Positions 45,973 to 54,015 of a DNA stretch of 54,015 nt are shown piece by piece (positions within the stretch are counted from its first letter, which is position 1; every line of letters starts with the position of its first letter). Source of the stretch: a virus. Lineage: Duplodnaviria > Caudoviricetes. The notes under the pieces were generated by a model. It saw only the letters and a program-made list of their open reading frames with translations. It was not told where the DNA came from and did not search any database. Made by a program: the position numbers and the translations under genes. The stretch is taken from positions 1 through 54,015 of IMG/VR virus record IMGVR_UViG_3300037247_000257, one strand, 5' to 3'.

Positions 45973-46037
45973 TTAAAAATGAGCAGTTTAAGACATGCTC
46001 AGGTCACAACCAAATCAACGTTTGGTTTAATGTTCTC

Positions 46038-46241
46038 CTAGGATAATCTAGGATTAACTTTTAACTGGTTTAAAGAGTAGTCTGCCAACTCTTCATCATC
46101 AGAATAGACATACATAGTGAAGTTGTCTCCATCTTTTGACTCTTCTCTCATAGAGATGACTTCATCTCTAAGTAAGTCATGCCACTCTTCTATCCCGTGA
46201 CTCCATGTTTGGACTAAGTATTCTTTTATTTCTTTTCTCAT
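46038..46241 (-). CDS. Small acidic early protein
   Basis: From MRKEIKEY; A-rich upstream sequence. Confidence 0.5.
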   Translation of the reverse strand: MRKEIKEYLVQTWSHGIEEWHDLLRDEVISMREESKDGDNFTMYVYSDDEELADYSLNQLKVNPRLS

Positions 46242-46441
46242 AATAGTTTGTTTTAGCTTGTAAATTAGGAATATTAAACACACTGGACGTTGCTTACTTA
46301 GTGGCAACTACTATAGTTTCATGACTCAGTGTGATTGTTTACGAGTTAATATTAAATCTTGTTAGTTTGTTTCGCTTGAATAGTCAGAATGCTACAAACA
46401 GCTATAGTTGTTATGACGCCTTGTGTATCAAGCACGAGCTT

Positions 46442-46460
46442 AAAAGCCCCCGAAGGGGCT
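46442..46460 (-). terminator. Terminator hairpin
   Basis: AGCCCC-TTCG-GGGGCT followed by TTT. Confidence 0.65.
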
Positions 46461-46466
46461 CATTGA

Positions 46467-46742
46467 CTAGTACTGTAACTGCTTCAACGGACTACCGTCT
46501 TTAGCTGTGCGTACTTCACCTGTTTCCAGGTCTACGATATCCACTAACTTGAATCCGGTTTGGATTTCAAATTCATATCCTTGTTCTAGAGTCGAGACAT
46601 CTTGACCCGTCATCATTGCTAGACCTGAGATAGGTACATAAGCAGGTTTAGAAGAGAACTCTAAAGGATTACCTTTGACTAAGATTAACGCTGATTTTTC
46701 CGAACGGACAGAGTGAAACTTTGCTGTTGTTGTAGTTTGCAT
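46467..46742 (-). CDS. Hypothetical protein, first gene of the leftward arm
   Basis: 91 aa from MQTTTTAK. Confidence 0.6.
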   Translation of the reverse strand: MQTTTTAKFHSVRSEKSALILVKGNPLEFSSKPAYVPISGLAMMTGQDVSTLEQGYEFEIQTGFKLVDIVDLETGEVRTAKDGSPLKQLQY

Positions 46743-47071
46743 GACGAATATATTTAAGGTGAAACAAACAGACGCCCCCACCCGAGGACGTCGAAGCTTA
46801 AGGGGTGTTGACTTTAAAGTACCCATCAAACTAACACTCTCTGAAAATATACCGGAAGGGGGGGGGTGTTTTTATATACCCAGAAAAAATATAACCATGA
46901 TATAGTAACTAGTGTTCACCATGACTTATCATCTTGCGGGCAAAGCAAGTACAATAAGAAGAATAACTAATAGAACAGATAAGAAGAGGGTAAATGAAAG
47001 AAACTGTAAAAATCATGCTCTATGATCTGGAAACGTACAAAATCATCACTTCTTAAGAAAGCCGACTTACT

Positions 47072-47108
47072 CGGTGTGTTATATTCATTATAACGGTGTG
47101 TTATATTC
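47072..47108 (+). repeat. 15-bp direct repeat CGGTGTGTTATATTC x2 (22-bp period)
   Basis: Exact copies at 47072-47086 and 47094-47108 in the divergent non-coding gap. Confidence 0.85.
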
Positions 47109-47166
47109 TTTACATCATACAGCCAACTTTTTACACCGCAATGTTTTACTTTTATAAAAAAAGTCC

Positions 47167-47174
47167 TACATTTG
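47167..47174 (+). promoter_or_regulatory. Bacteroidota -7 promoter element TACATTTG
   Basis: Exact TAnnTTTG match ending 4 nt before ATG 47179. Confidence 0.55.
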
Positions 47175-47178
47175 AGAT

Positions 47179-47394
47179 ATGGTACAGAACATTATATCAC
47201 ATTTAACAAAAAAGGGGAACAAGCCGGGAGAGGTTGTAGTTATCCTAGACAATTCTGAGTACACTATTACTAATGTTACCAGAGTATTGGACAAGGTTCA
47301 ATTAACTGTCGAAAAAGTTATTCCTACTGATTCTGAAGAAGTTGAAGGAGTAGATCAAGAAGTAGAAACTCAAGAAGAAGAAGATCATGAGTAA
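47179..47394 (+). CDS. Hypothetical protein with acidic tail
   Basis: 71 aa; first gene of the rightward arm. Confidence 0.6.
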   Translation: MVQNIISHLTKKGNKPGEVVVILDNSEYTITNVTRVLDKVQLTVEKVIPTDSEEVEGVDQEVETQEEEDHE

Positions 47395-47701
47395 AGTTCC
47401 ATTTAAACCAAATGGTATGCAGTTACTGGTCCAAGTACCAGCGCATGTATACAAACCTAAAGTAAACGACAAAGGCGTTGCTATGGTTATGACTGACGCA
47501 ACAGTTAAATCGCTTAGAACTGACTACCTTACTAAAGGTGACAAGTTAGAAGTAATGGCTGTAGGTGACGAATGTAAGTTCGTTAAAGTAGGAGACTTTG
47601 TTTCTGTAAATACAAGAGGTATGGTAGAGCTTAACCTAGATGGTATTGACGAGCCTTTTACATTAGTGCGTGAAGCAGAAGTTCTTGGAAAATTCTTATA
47701 G
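47387..47701 (+). CDS. groES: GroES/Cpn10-like co-chaperonin
   Basis: FKPNGMQLLV, VMAVG...VKVGDFV, LVREAEVLG. Confidence 0.75.
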   Translation: MSKVPFKPNGMQLLVQVPAHVYKPKVNDKGVAMVMTDATVKSLRTDYLTKGDKLEVMAVGDECKFVKVGDFVSVNTRGMVELNLDGIDEPFTLVREAEVLGKFL

Positions 47702-47720
47702 CATAGTGTTCTTATACGGT

Positions 47721-47754
47721 AGCGTCCTCTTTAAACTGGAAGGGGACGCTTTAT
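47721..47754 (+). terminator. Stable hairpin, probable terminator
   Basis: AGCGTCCTCTTT-AAACTG-GAAGGGGACGCT-TTAT. Confidence 0.55.
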
Positions 47755-47805
47755 ACGGCCGTCACGAAGACCGCTGGTTAGAAGTTCAATCTTTAAACAC
47801 AGGTA

Positions 47806-48144
47806 ATGACTAAATTAGATAATCCACTCTGGAGAATTAAAACCTCCCTACTTATATACTTTACACGTGACTTCATGAATGTAATAGTGTATATAATAGC
47901 TGCTTTTGTTACAATAGCTCCTTACTTTTCAAATACACACTGGGTAGTAAGTTTTATGTTTACATGTCTTTTTTTAGGGTATAATGCTAGATGCTATACT
48001 TTAGGTAGGTTGTATTTAGCTAACGTAATACTAGGTGGTGTTGCAAACGATGTAGCCCCATGGGCTGTTGTTAGACTTCTTAAGAAGCCTGTAGAATTTG
48101 CTTACGAATTAAAACTGTTACATGACAAAGGAAGAAGCTTATAA
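47806..48144 (+). CDS. Membrane protein
   Basis: Two hydrophobic helices. Confidence 0.55.
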   Translation: MTKLDNPLWRIKTSLLIYFTRDFMNVIVYIIAAFVTIAPYFSNTHWVVSFMFTCLFLGYNARCYTLGRLYLANVILGGVANDVAPWAVVRLLKKPVEFAYELKLLHDKGRSL

Positions 48145-48358
48145 TATCGTAACTCAAAAAGAAGTCTCAGAACAAGAAGCAACAAAGATTGTAGAGTTCT
48201 ACATAAAAGAGAAAAAGAATGTCAACGTTAAGATCATTCCACCTTTTACTGAATTCCAACCTGGTAACGCTCACTTAGAACTGAGATACAGACATATGCT
48301 ACAGTTACTTAACTTAGCTTATCAAAAAGCATCTGATTACGTACTAGAAAATGCCTAA
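48122..48358 (+). CDS. Hypothetical protein
   Basis: 78 aa ORF. Confidence 0.55.
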   Translation: MTKEEAYNIVTQKEVSEQEATKIVEFYIKEKKNVNVKIIPPFTEFQPGNAHLELRYRHMLQLLNLAYQKASDYVLENA

Positions 48359-48797
48359 GAAATTAGCACATATAGAAGAAACAACTGACCGTACAACGGG
48401 AGAGTTAGTTACAGTTAAAAAGACTTTTGCTGTAAAGAGTAAGACTACTGAAGAGTTCTTTATGATCTTCCTTAGTGGGCTTAATGCGCTATGTGCTCTT
48501 TCTAGACCTAGTGATATTAAGATACTAGCATGCTTATGCGAAAAAGCTGAATATAATACTGGTGTAGTTAGATTAACATCGCTTGACAGAGCTTCGATAA
48601 TGGAGAAACTAAAGATTAAACCTCAAGCGTTTTCTAACTCAATAGCAAGGCTCAAAGCAGCCAATTTAGTAACGGGCAATAGAGGAGCCTACGAAGTAAA
48701 TCCACAACACTTTTGGAAGGGGGAGACTAACGAAAGACAGCGTCTGTTAAAGGCAAAAAGCATGGATATCCTTTTACAATACAGACACGAACCTTAA
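48351..48797 (+). CDS. RepL-like winged-HTH protein
   Basis: DRTTGEL, FFMIF, HTH region, YEVNPQHFWKG C-terminal motif. Confidence 0.7.
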   Translation: MPKKLAHIEETTDRTTGELVTVKKTFAVKSKTTEEFFMIFLSGLNALCALSRPSDIKILACLCEKAEYNTGVVRLTSLDRASIMEKLKIKPQAFSNSIARLKAANLVTGNRGAYEVNPQHFWKGETNERQRLLKAKSMDILLQYRHEP

Positions 48798-48806
48798 GAA
48801 CAAACT

Positions 48807-49508
48807 ATGAAAAACGAAGTTATACTATTTATTAGCGACTTACACGTCCCTTATCAACATAAAGACGCACTTGCTTTTCTTGCTGAAATAAAGAAAACAT
48901 TTAAGCCAACTAGAGTTGTTAATGTAGGAGATGAAGTAGATTATCACGCATTATCCTTTCACAATAGTGATCCGGATCTAGATTCAGCAGGGGTTGAACT
49001 AGAAAGAGCAAGACGTACTATACATCAGTTAGAAAAACTGTTTCCTAAAATGGAGCTGGTAAATTCTAACCATGGTAGTATGGTATATAGAAAAGCAAAG
49101 TACGCAGGTATGCCAAGACACGTTGTTAAACCATACAACGAAGTTTTAGGTGTAGGAGAAGGTTGGGTTTGGCAGAATAGTATTACAATAACTCGTAAAG
49201 GTTTACCATCGATTTATGTTACACACGGTTCTAGAAAGAACTCTGAAACATACGCTAAGCAAATGGGTTGTTGTGTTGTTCAAGGTCATTACCACGAAGA
49301 CTTTAGATTAGGATTTCACCAGACACCAAACGGACAGATCTGGGGAATGAACGTAGGGTGTTTAATAGATGACAAAGAGTTAGCTTTTGAGTATAACAAA
49401 GTCAATCCTTTTAGACCTCAATTGGGAGTAGGTTTATTAGTAGACAATCTACCGGTACTTATCCCAATGACACTTGATGCTAAAGGTAACTGGCATGGAA
49501 GAATATAA
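48807..49508 (+). CDS. Calcineurin-like metallophosphoesterase
   Basis: SDLHVP, GDEVD, SNH, THG, QGHYH. Confidence 0.88.
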   Translation: MKNEVILFISDLHVPYQHKDALAFLAEIKKTFKPTRVVNVGDEVDYHALSFHNSDPDLDSAGVELERARRTIHQLEKLFPKMELVNSNHGSMVYRKAKYAGMPRHVVKPYNEVLGVGEGWVWQNSITITRKGLPSIYVTHGSRKNSETYAKQMGCCVVQGHYHEDFRLGFHQTPNGQIWGMNVGCLIDDKELAFEYNKVNPFRPQLGVGLLVDNLPVLIPMTLDAKGNWHGRI

Positions 49509-49667
49509 GCTTATGAGATATGTGTACGAAAATATAGAACTAGCTCTCAAGATGAGCAGCAGTATAATGGAGTTATTCTTAGCTGAAAAGATCTATTACA
49601 GTCACACGATCACTAGTTTAAATTCTGGAAAGTATATGGTAACCTTTAAAATCACAGCAGATTAATT

Positions 49668-50033
49668 ATGAAACTTGTAACACACGTAAACAAACATACT
49701 CACGTCCTAAACTGGATTAGGTTATGGAACGGTGGGTTTAATCTCACTGAAAAAGAACAAGCATTCTTTGGTGCTATTCTAGAAAAGTATTTAACACTTA
49801 TGGAAGATGGTGTTAAAGAACCTTACATAGGCGAGCTTGTATTCTCGACCAAGAACATGAATGAGATTAAAGATAGCCTCAATCTCACTAAACAAGGTTT
49901 GACTAACTATAAAGTAGCTCTTAAAGACAAAGGAGTTATTCGAAAGAATGATGCTGGAGTATGGACTGTGCTACCTATGTTAGTACCGAAAACAGAAGTA
50001 ACATTTAGCTTTGTATACGATGAACAACGATAG
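49668..50033 (+). CDS. Winged-HTH protein
   Basis: LTEKEQ...IKDSLNLTKQGLTNYKVALKDKGVI. Confidence 0.6.
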   Translation: MKLVTHVNKHTHVLNWIRLWNGGFNLTEKEQAFFGAILEKYLTLMEDGVKEPYIGELVFSTKNMNEIKDSLNLTKQGLTNYKVALKDKGVIRKNDAGVWTVLPMLVPKTEVTFSFVYDEQR

Positions 50034-50406
50034 ATTACAAGCAGCTCTTGCTGCAAAAGAAAAAGCTGCTATGGAAAAGATGCAGGATCCTGAAGCATTA
50101 AGTAAAATGGCTGAGGAAGAATTGGAACATTTTAAGCCGATTCCTGTTGATACTATGAACCATAGCGAACGCAAAAGGCGCTTGAAGTACTTTAAGAAGA
50201 TGATGAAGGACCACGAAAAACGTAAGCCTTCTATCAATATTCATGAAGAAAACGAAGAGAAGCAAGCTGCTGCTATAATGCGTATGCAAAGATGGGCAAC
50301 TAGGTACGGAATATTAATGAAGAAAGTATATGAGCTTGGAATTAAACAAAATCATAAAGGGTTACACCAACCACGCACTGAAGAAAGTGAACCTACTACC
50401 GAATGA
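50020..50406 (+). CDS. Hypothetical charged helical protein
   Basis: 128 aa from MNNDRL. Confidence 0.55.
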   Translation: MNNDRLQAALAAKEKAAMEKMQDPEALSKMAEEELEHFKPIPVDTMNHSERKRRLKYFKKMMKDHEKRKPSINIHEENEEKQAAAIMRMQRWATRYGILMKKVYELGIKQNHKGLHQPRTEESEPTTE

Positions 50407-50566
50407 GGTAGAAAAAATGGGTAACCAAAGGATGCTAATATGTAATAAGTGTCCTATATTTGATAAAAACACTAAAGTTTGTGTTAAAGTTAAGGGGGGA
50501 TGTGGTTGTTCGATGGATAAAAAAGTTTTGGTCCAAGAAGCAACCTGTCCAAAAGACAAGTGGTAA
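50330..50566 (+). CDS. Small Zn-binding protein
   Basis: RMLICNKCP...C....GCGC....K......CPKDKW. Confidence 0.7.
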   Translation: MSLELNKIIKGYTNHALKKVNLLPNEVEKMGNQRMLICNKCPIFDKNTKVCVKVKGGCGCSMDKKVLVQEATCPKDKW

Positions 50567-50567
50567 T

Positions 50568-51053
50568 ATGTACAACATGAATTTAACTCAGTTAGAGAGG
50601 GTACTGACAGAAAACAAACCTCTGTATATAGACGTCCAATTAAACGACAAAGAGTTTTATAATAGAATCGCTATTCAATGTGACGAACTTGGTAATAAAG
50701 CTATAGTATTACTTACCAAAGATCAAATACTCATGGTAGCTGATAATATCCAACTCGTTAATAAGTCACAAGGGGTTAGTACAATGCGTTGGGATGGAAC
50801 TGGTATTATGTTAGAAAATAATAAGTACATTCATATCTTCGAAAGAGATCTTATCTATGATATGCTGTCAGGATATAAAAACGCAGTTCAATCTAAACAA
50901 GCTTTAAAAGGCAAAGATAAACCTCTTACAAAACCTTGGGTAGCTGATATAAAGAAAAAGAAACTAGCTTTAGCACCAACTGGTAAAGAAAAAGTGGCTA
51001 TGATTGAATACGATCCAGATTGGAATGAAGGGTATTACTATAACTTGATATGA
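50568..51053 (+). CDS. Hypothetical protein
   Basis: 161 aa from ATG 50568. Confidence 0.55.
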   Translation: MYNMNLTQLERVLTENKPLYIDVQLNDKEFYNRIAIQCDELGNKAIVLLTKDQILMVADNIQLVNKSQGVSTMRWDGTGIMLENNKYIHIFERDLIYDMLSGYKNAVQSKQALKGKDKPLTKPWVADIKKKKLALAPTGKEKVAMIEYDPDWNEGYYYNLI

Positions 51054-51637
51054 TGGAAAGCTTTAACTTTAATGATAACTTCTGGGAAGTACACCCTGGT
51101 CTAGCAGCAGCTGGGCCTTTTAAAAAGTTACACGCTTCAGATAAAAGTCGTAACAAGGTTAACTCAAGTAAGTTAGCTTGGTGTGTTAAGTTAATATGGG
51201 ACCGTAAGTCTGATTATTACTCACTTCCAGAAACAGGAGAGAATAATAAGATCGAACTTATCTTTGGTGATCACTATGGCGATGCTGGGTATTACACTAA
51301 AAACAAAGAAAAGGTAGAAGCGTTACGCGACTTTTATATTACAAGTAAAGATACAGTTGCAATACGTACTTTACGTGGTATTGAAGAGAAGCTTACAGAA
51401 AGAGCTGCCTTTCTTCGTAATACACCATATGATAACGGTGATGAACTAGGTTTAGAAGACGTTGGTTTCAGTGTAGCAGACTGGGCGAAAAGAATAGATA
51501 CTATCGATAAAATGATGGCTAACACTGACAAGTTGTACACGCTATATGATAAAGCTCGTAAAGCTGTAGAACAAGAAGAGCAAATTACAGCTATAGGTGG
51601 TGCTCAAGAATCTTTATCAGACAGTGAGATGATATGA
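51050..51637 (+). CDS. Conserved-looking phage protein upstream of TerL (TerS candidate)
   Basis: NFWEVHP...DKSRNKVNSSKLAW N-terminus, helical C-terminus; position before the terminase. Confidence 0.4.
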   Translation: MMESFNFNDNFWEVHPGLAAAGPFKKLHASDKSRNKVNSSKLAWCVKLIWDRKSDYYSLPETGENNKIELIFGDHYGDAGYYTKNKEKVEALRDFYITSKDTVAIRTLRGIEEKLTERAAFLRNTPYDNGDELGLEDVGFSVADWAKRIDTIDKMMANTDKLYTLYDKARKAVEQEEQITAIGGAQESLSDSEMI

Positions 51638-51963
51638 TGAAAGCTAAGTACAAAGGGCCTCAAATGGCGCATCTAGTTCTTTCAATGATGAAGCAAGCTA
51701 TAAACAACGGTTTATCTGTAGTTATTGAAGATAATAAGTACTATCAGTATTTACCACCAGTTGGTGAAATAGCTGATATACCAGAGAGAAAAGAATGGTT
51801 AACGTTTTTAAGTTTTATAAGAAAACATGAATGGTACAGCGACATCGAACAAAAAGATTTACCAAAATCTGGCAGAAGAGTTTCAGATACCTTACGAACA
51901 AGTTCGGAAGATATGCGAAAGTCAATTCGAGTTCACAAAGAATATTATCCAGTCAGGCGATGA
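51634..51963 (+). CDS. Hypothetical protein; 3' part overlaps the IHF-like gene
   Basis: ATG overlaps the upstream stop. Confidence 0.4.
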   Translation: MMKAKYKGPQMAHLVLSMMKQAINNGLSVVIEDNKYYQYLPPVGEIADIPERKEWLTFLSFIRKHEWYSDIEQKDLPKSGRRVSDTLRTSSEDMRKSIRVHKEYYPVRR

Positions 51964-52066
51964 CGAGCCGGTTAGGCTCCAGTTTCTCGGGCTGTTCCAA
52001 GTTAAACCTGGAAGACGGGATACCGTGCGCAAAAGACGCGAACATATCAAAAAGTATAGGAAATGA
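51827..52066 (+). CDS. IHF/HU-like DNA-binding protein
   Basis: IYQNLAEEFQIPYEQVRKI...VRLQFLGLFQVK; stop overlaps the TerL ATG. Confidence 0.75.
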   Translation: MNGTATSNKKIYQNLAEEFQIPYEQVRKICESQFEFTKNIIQSGDDEPVRLQFLGLFQVKPGRRDTVRKRREHIKKYRK

Positions 52067-54015
52067 AACTTGACAAGCGTAACAACGAGTTAACATATAA
52101 AGATGAACACTTTCATGAGCGTTGGGTAAAAAACGAACACTTTATCCATAATATAGAAAGCCCTTACCCACTTTCAGTAAAGTATCAGCCATTTTGGTCT
52201 GAGATCAAGCGTAGGTGTATGGAAGGCTATTGGTACGAAGGAAAATGGATGCCAGGGCCTTTATACTTTTATATCAACTTATGTAAAATCAGAGTTGGTA
52301 AAAAAGGTGGTTCTACTACAAAGATTGTAGGTAGACCATGGCTGCGAGATCTTGAATGGGAAAAAGGTTATGTGTTAATGGAAGCTAGAGGATTCTCTGG
52401 TTTTGAAGGAGACCCTGTATATACTTGTTACGATTTATTTAAAGATTATGATTTACTCACCACAGAGGAACAAGAAGACATCCTTAAAGCAGCTCCGACA
52501 ACAGCTATTGTGGTCGACAGAGAAGGAAATATCAAACCTAAACAGTATGTTAGACCAAGAGAATACTTGCGAAAACAACACCTCACAAACATGGGAAAAC
52601 CATGTTTCAAGTCAGCCGCATCAAACGTCATCGACATCGAATGTAGAGGAGGGGGAAAATCTTACTGGGGAGCATGCGGAATTATACTACATGCCTATTT
52701 AATGGACGGAGTCTATGATTACGATGATTTCTTACTTCAAAGAAGAACGGGGGAAGCGTATTCAGTAGATGTTTTAGTAGGTGCTATTGACGGAAAGTAT
52801 ACTAAAGATTTACTTGAAAAAGTGACTTTAGGTATTGATACGTTAACAGGTATGTATGAAACACAAGGTAAAGTGTTTCCATCACCGCTTAATAAGAAGC
52901 ACGAAGGTTCTTGGTATTCTGGTAAGCAGTTTATTCAAAACAAATACAAGGTTAAGAAAGGTAACGACTGGATTACAAAAGGATCTGGTTCTAAGATTTA
53001 TCACCGTACTTTTAAAGATGATGAGCACGCGGGTAACGGTATTCGTATTTCGATAGGAGTACTAGAAGAAGTGGGCTTTATGTACAACTTGAAAGAGGCG
53101 TACGGGCACATGAAAGATACCATGTATGAAGGTTCTCGTAAGTTTGGTTCCTTGTATATGTTTGGTACAGGAGGAGATATGGAAGGAGGGTCTTCAGAAG
53201 CCGCTAGAGACGTCTTTTACGAGCCGGAGACATATGACTGCCTAAGCTTTGAAAACGTCTGGGAGGACAACGGTATAGACACAGGATTCTTTGTACCGTA
53301 CCATATGGGTATAAATGACTTTAAAGACGACGAAGGTCGTACTGATGTAGCTCGTTCTAAAAGGTTTGTAAACGCAAAAAGAGATAAGTTACGTAAAGCT
53401 AAGAATAAACAACCGTTATATCATGAAGAACAAAACAACCCAGAAACACCAGCAGAAGCTTTCTCTGTCCCAGATGGTAACATCTTTCCAGTCGGAGAAT
53501 TACGTGAACAACAAGGATGGTTACGAAGTGCAATGGAAACAGATGGGTTTGTTAGAGGAGATTGTGGAACTCTTGTTTGGGAAATGGGTGAAGACGAAAA
53601 GCCTGAAATCTCATGGAAGCCTGATTTGGACAATGTTCTTAAGCCTTGTACTTTTCCTGTAAAACAGAAAGATGATAAGACTGGGTGTATACAGATATGG
53701 GAACACCCACAAAGAACAAACGGCCAAATACCTTATGGTATGTACATAGCTGGTACCGATCCATATGATCAAGACCAGGCAGCAAACTCTGCTTCTTTAG
53801 GTTCTACTTTTATCTACAAAACGTTTCATACCGATGAAGGTATCTATGAATGGCCGGTAGCAGAATACACCGCTAGACCAGCTACGGCAGCAGAACACCA
53901 CGAGAACATACGAAAGTTACTTACGTATTATAACGCACGTGATCTATACGAGAATGAAAAGAACACGTTAAAAATGCACTTCGAACATAAAAATTCACTA
54001 TATTTGCTAAGTAAA
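52063..54015 (+). CDS. terL: Terminase large subunit, 3'-truncated by the window edge (absent from the ORF track)
   Basis: Open frame from ATG 52063 to the end: FWSEIKRRCMEGY...YFYIN, Walker A RGGGKS, Walker B VLEEVG, FGTGGD, nuclease AGTDPYD. Confidence 0.92.
   Translation, partial: MKLDKRNNELTYKDEHFHERWVKNEHFIHNIESPYPLSVKYQPFWSEIKRRCMEGYWYEGKWMPGPLYFYINLCKIRVGKKGGSTTKIVGRPWLRDLEWEKGYVLMEARGFSGFEGDPVYTCYDLFKDYDLLTTEEQEDILKAAPTTAIVVDREGNIKPKQYVRPREYLRKQHLTNMGKPCFKSAASNVIDIECRGGGKSYWGACGIILHAYLMDGVYDYDDFLLQRRTGEAYSVDVLVGAIDGKYTKDLLEKVTLGIDTLTGMYETQGKVFPSPLNKKHEGSWYSGKQFIQNKYKVKKGNDWITKGSGSKIYHRTFKDDEHAGNGIRISIGVLEEVGFMYNLKEAYGHMKDTMYEGSRKFGSLYMFGTGGDMEGGSSEAARDVFYEPETYDCLSFENVWEDNGIDTGFFVPYHMGINDFKDDEGRTDVARSKRFVNAKRDKLRKAKNKQPLYHEEQNNPETPAEAFSVPDGNIFPVGELREQQGWLRSAMETDGFVRGDCGTLVWEMGEDEKPEISWKPDLDNVLKPCTFPVKQKDDKTGCIQIWEHPQRTNGQIPYGMYIAGTDPYDQDQAANSASLGSTFIYKTFHTDEGIYEWPVAEYTARPATAAEHHENIRKLLTYYNARDLYENEKNTLKMHFEHKNSLYLLSK

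Noticed and set aside
46314-46332. Second hammerhead (CTGAGTCATGAAAC on the - strand)
   Set aside because: Lacks the CUGANGA core and stem II; kept only as an unassigned structure.
47072-47108. Mini-CRISPR array
   Set aside because: Only two 15-bp units separated by 7 nt; no spacer-sized inserts and no cas genes.
52403-53662. Short ORFs in the last 1.6 kb
   Set aside because: They are alternative frames inside TerL, which the ORF track missed because it has no stop codon within the window.
1-54015. Stop-codon reassignment (TAG/TGA), known in some crAss-like phages
   Set aside because: Long genes are intact in the standard code, TAG and TGA end genes at sensible coupled junctions, and no suppressor tRNA was seen.

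Overview
A 54 kb segment of a lytic dsDNA phage of Bacteroidota, most consistent with a crAss-like (Crassvirales-type) phage. The lineage call rests on a crAss-type terminase large subunit preceded by an IHF/HU-like gene, a family B DNA polymerase and TAnnTTTG-type promoters. Layout: (i) 1-9735 (+), tail/structural genes, a lysis cassette and a GT25 glycosyltransferase; (ii) ~9800-46750 (-), early/middle genes: PNK and RNA ligase, SplB-like radical SAM, ThyX-like, NAMPT and NMNAT-Nudix, rIIA/rIIB-like, primase, DnaB, SF2 helicase, PolB, 8 tRNAs, a tRNA-like RNA and a tmRNA; (iii) 47179-end (+), GroES-like, RepL-like, metallophosphoesterase, IHF-like and TerL. The main finding is that each of the two tRNA clusters sits directly behind what looks like a ribosome-mediated transcription attenuator: a promoter, a 22-24 codon leader ORF, and mutually exclusive 1:2, antiterminator and terminator hairpins. 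The central codons of each leader encode the amino acids of the tRNAs in that same cluster: Q-H-(N)-T-P-F-Q-P-T-F before tRNA-Pro/Phe/His/Thr/Gln, and Y-S-Y-S..S before tRNA-Tyr/Ser/Ser. The inferred function is an on-demand tRNA backup that fires when host tRNAs are depleted. The window also holds a pseudoknotted hammerhead ribozyme that would cut 1 nt before a start codon, a tmRNA with a 25-residue tag, and several unassigned structured RNAs. All calls were made by eye; no searches or folding programs were run.
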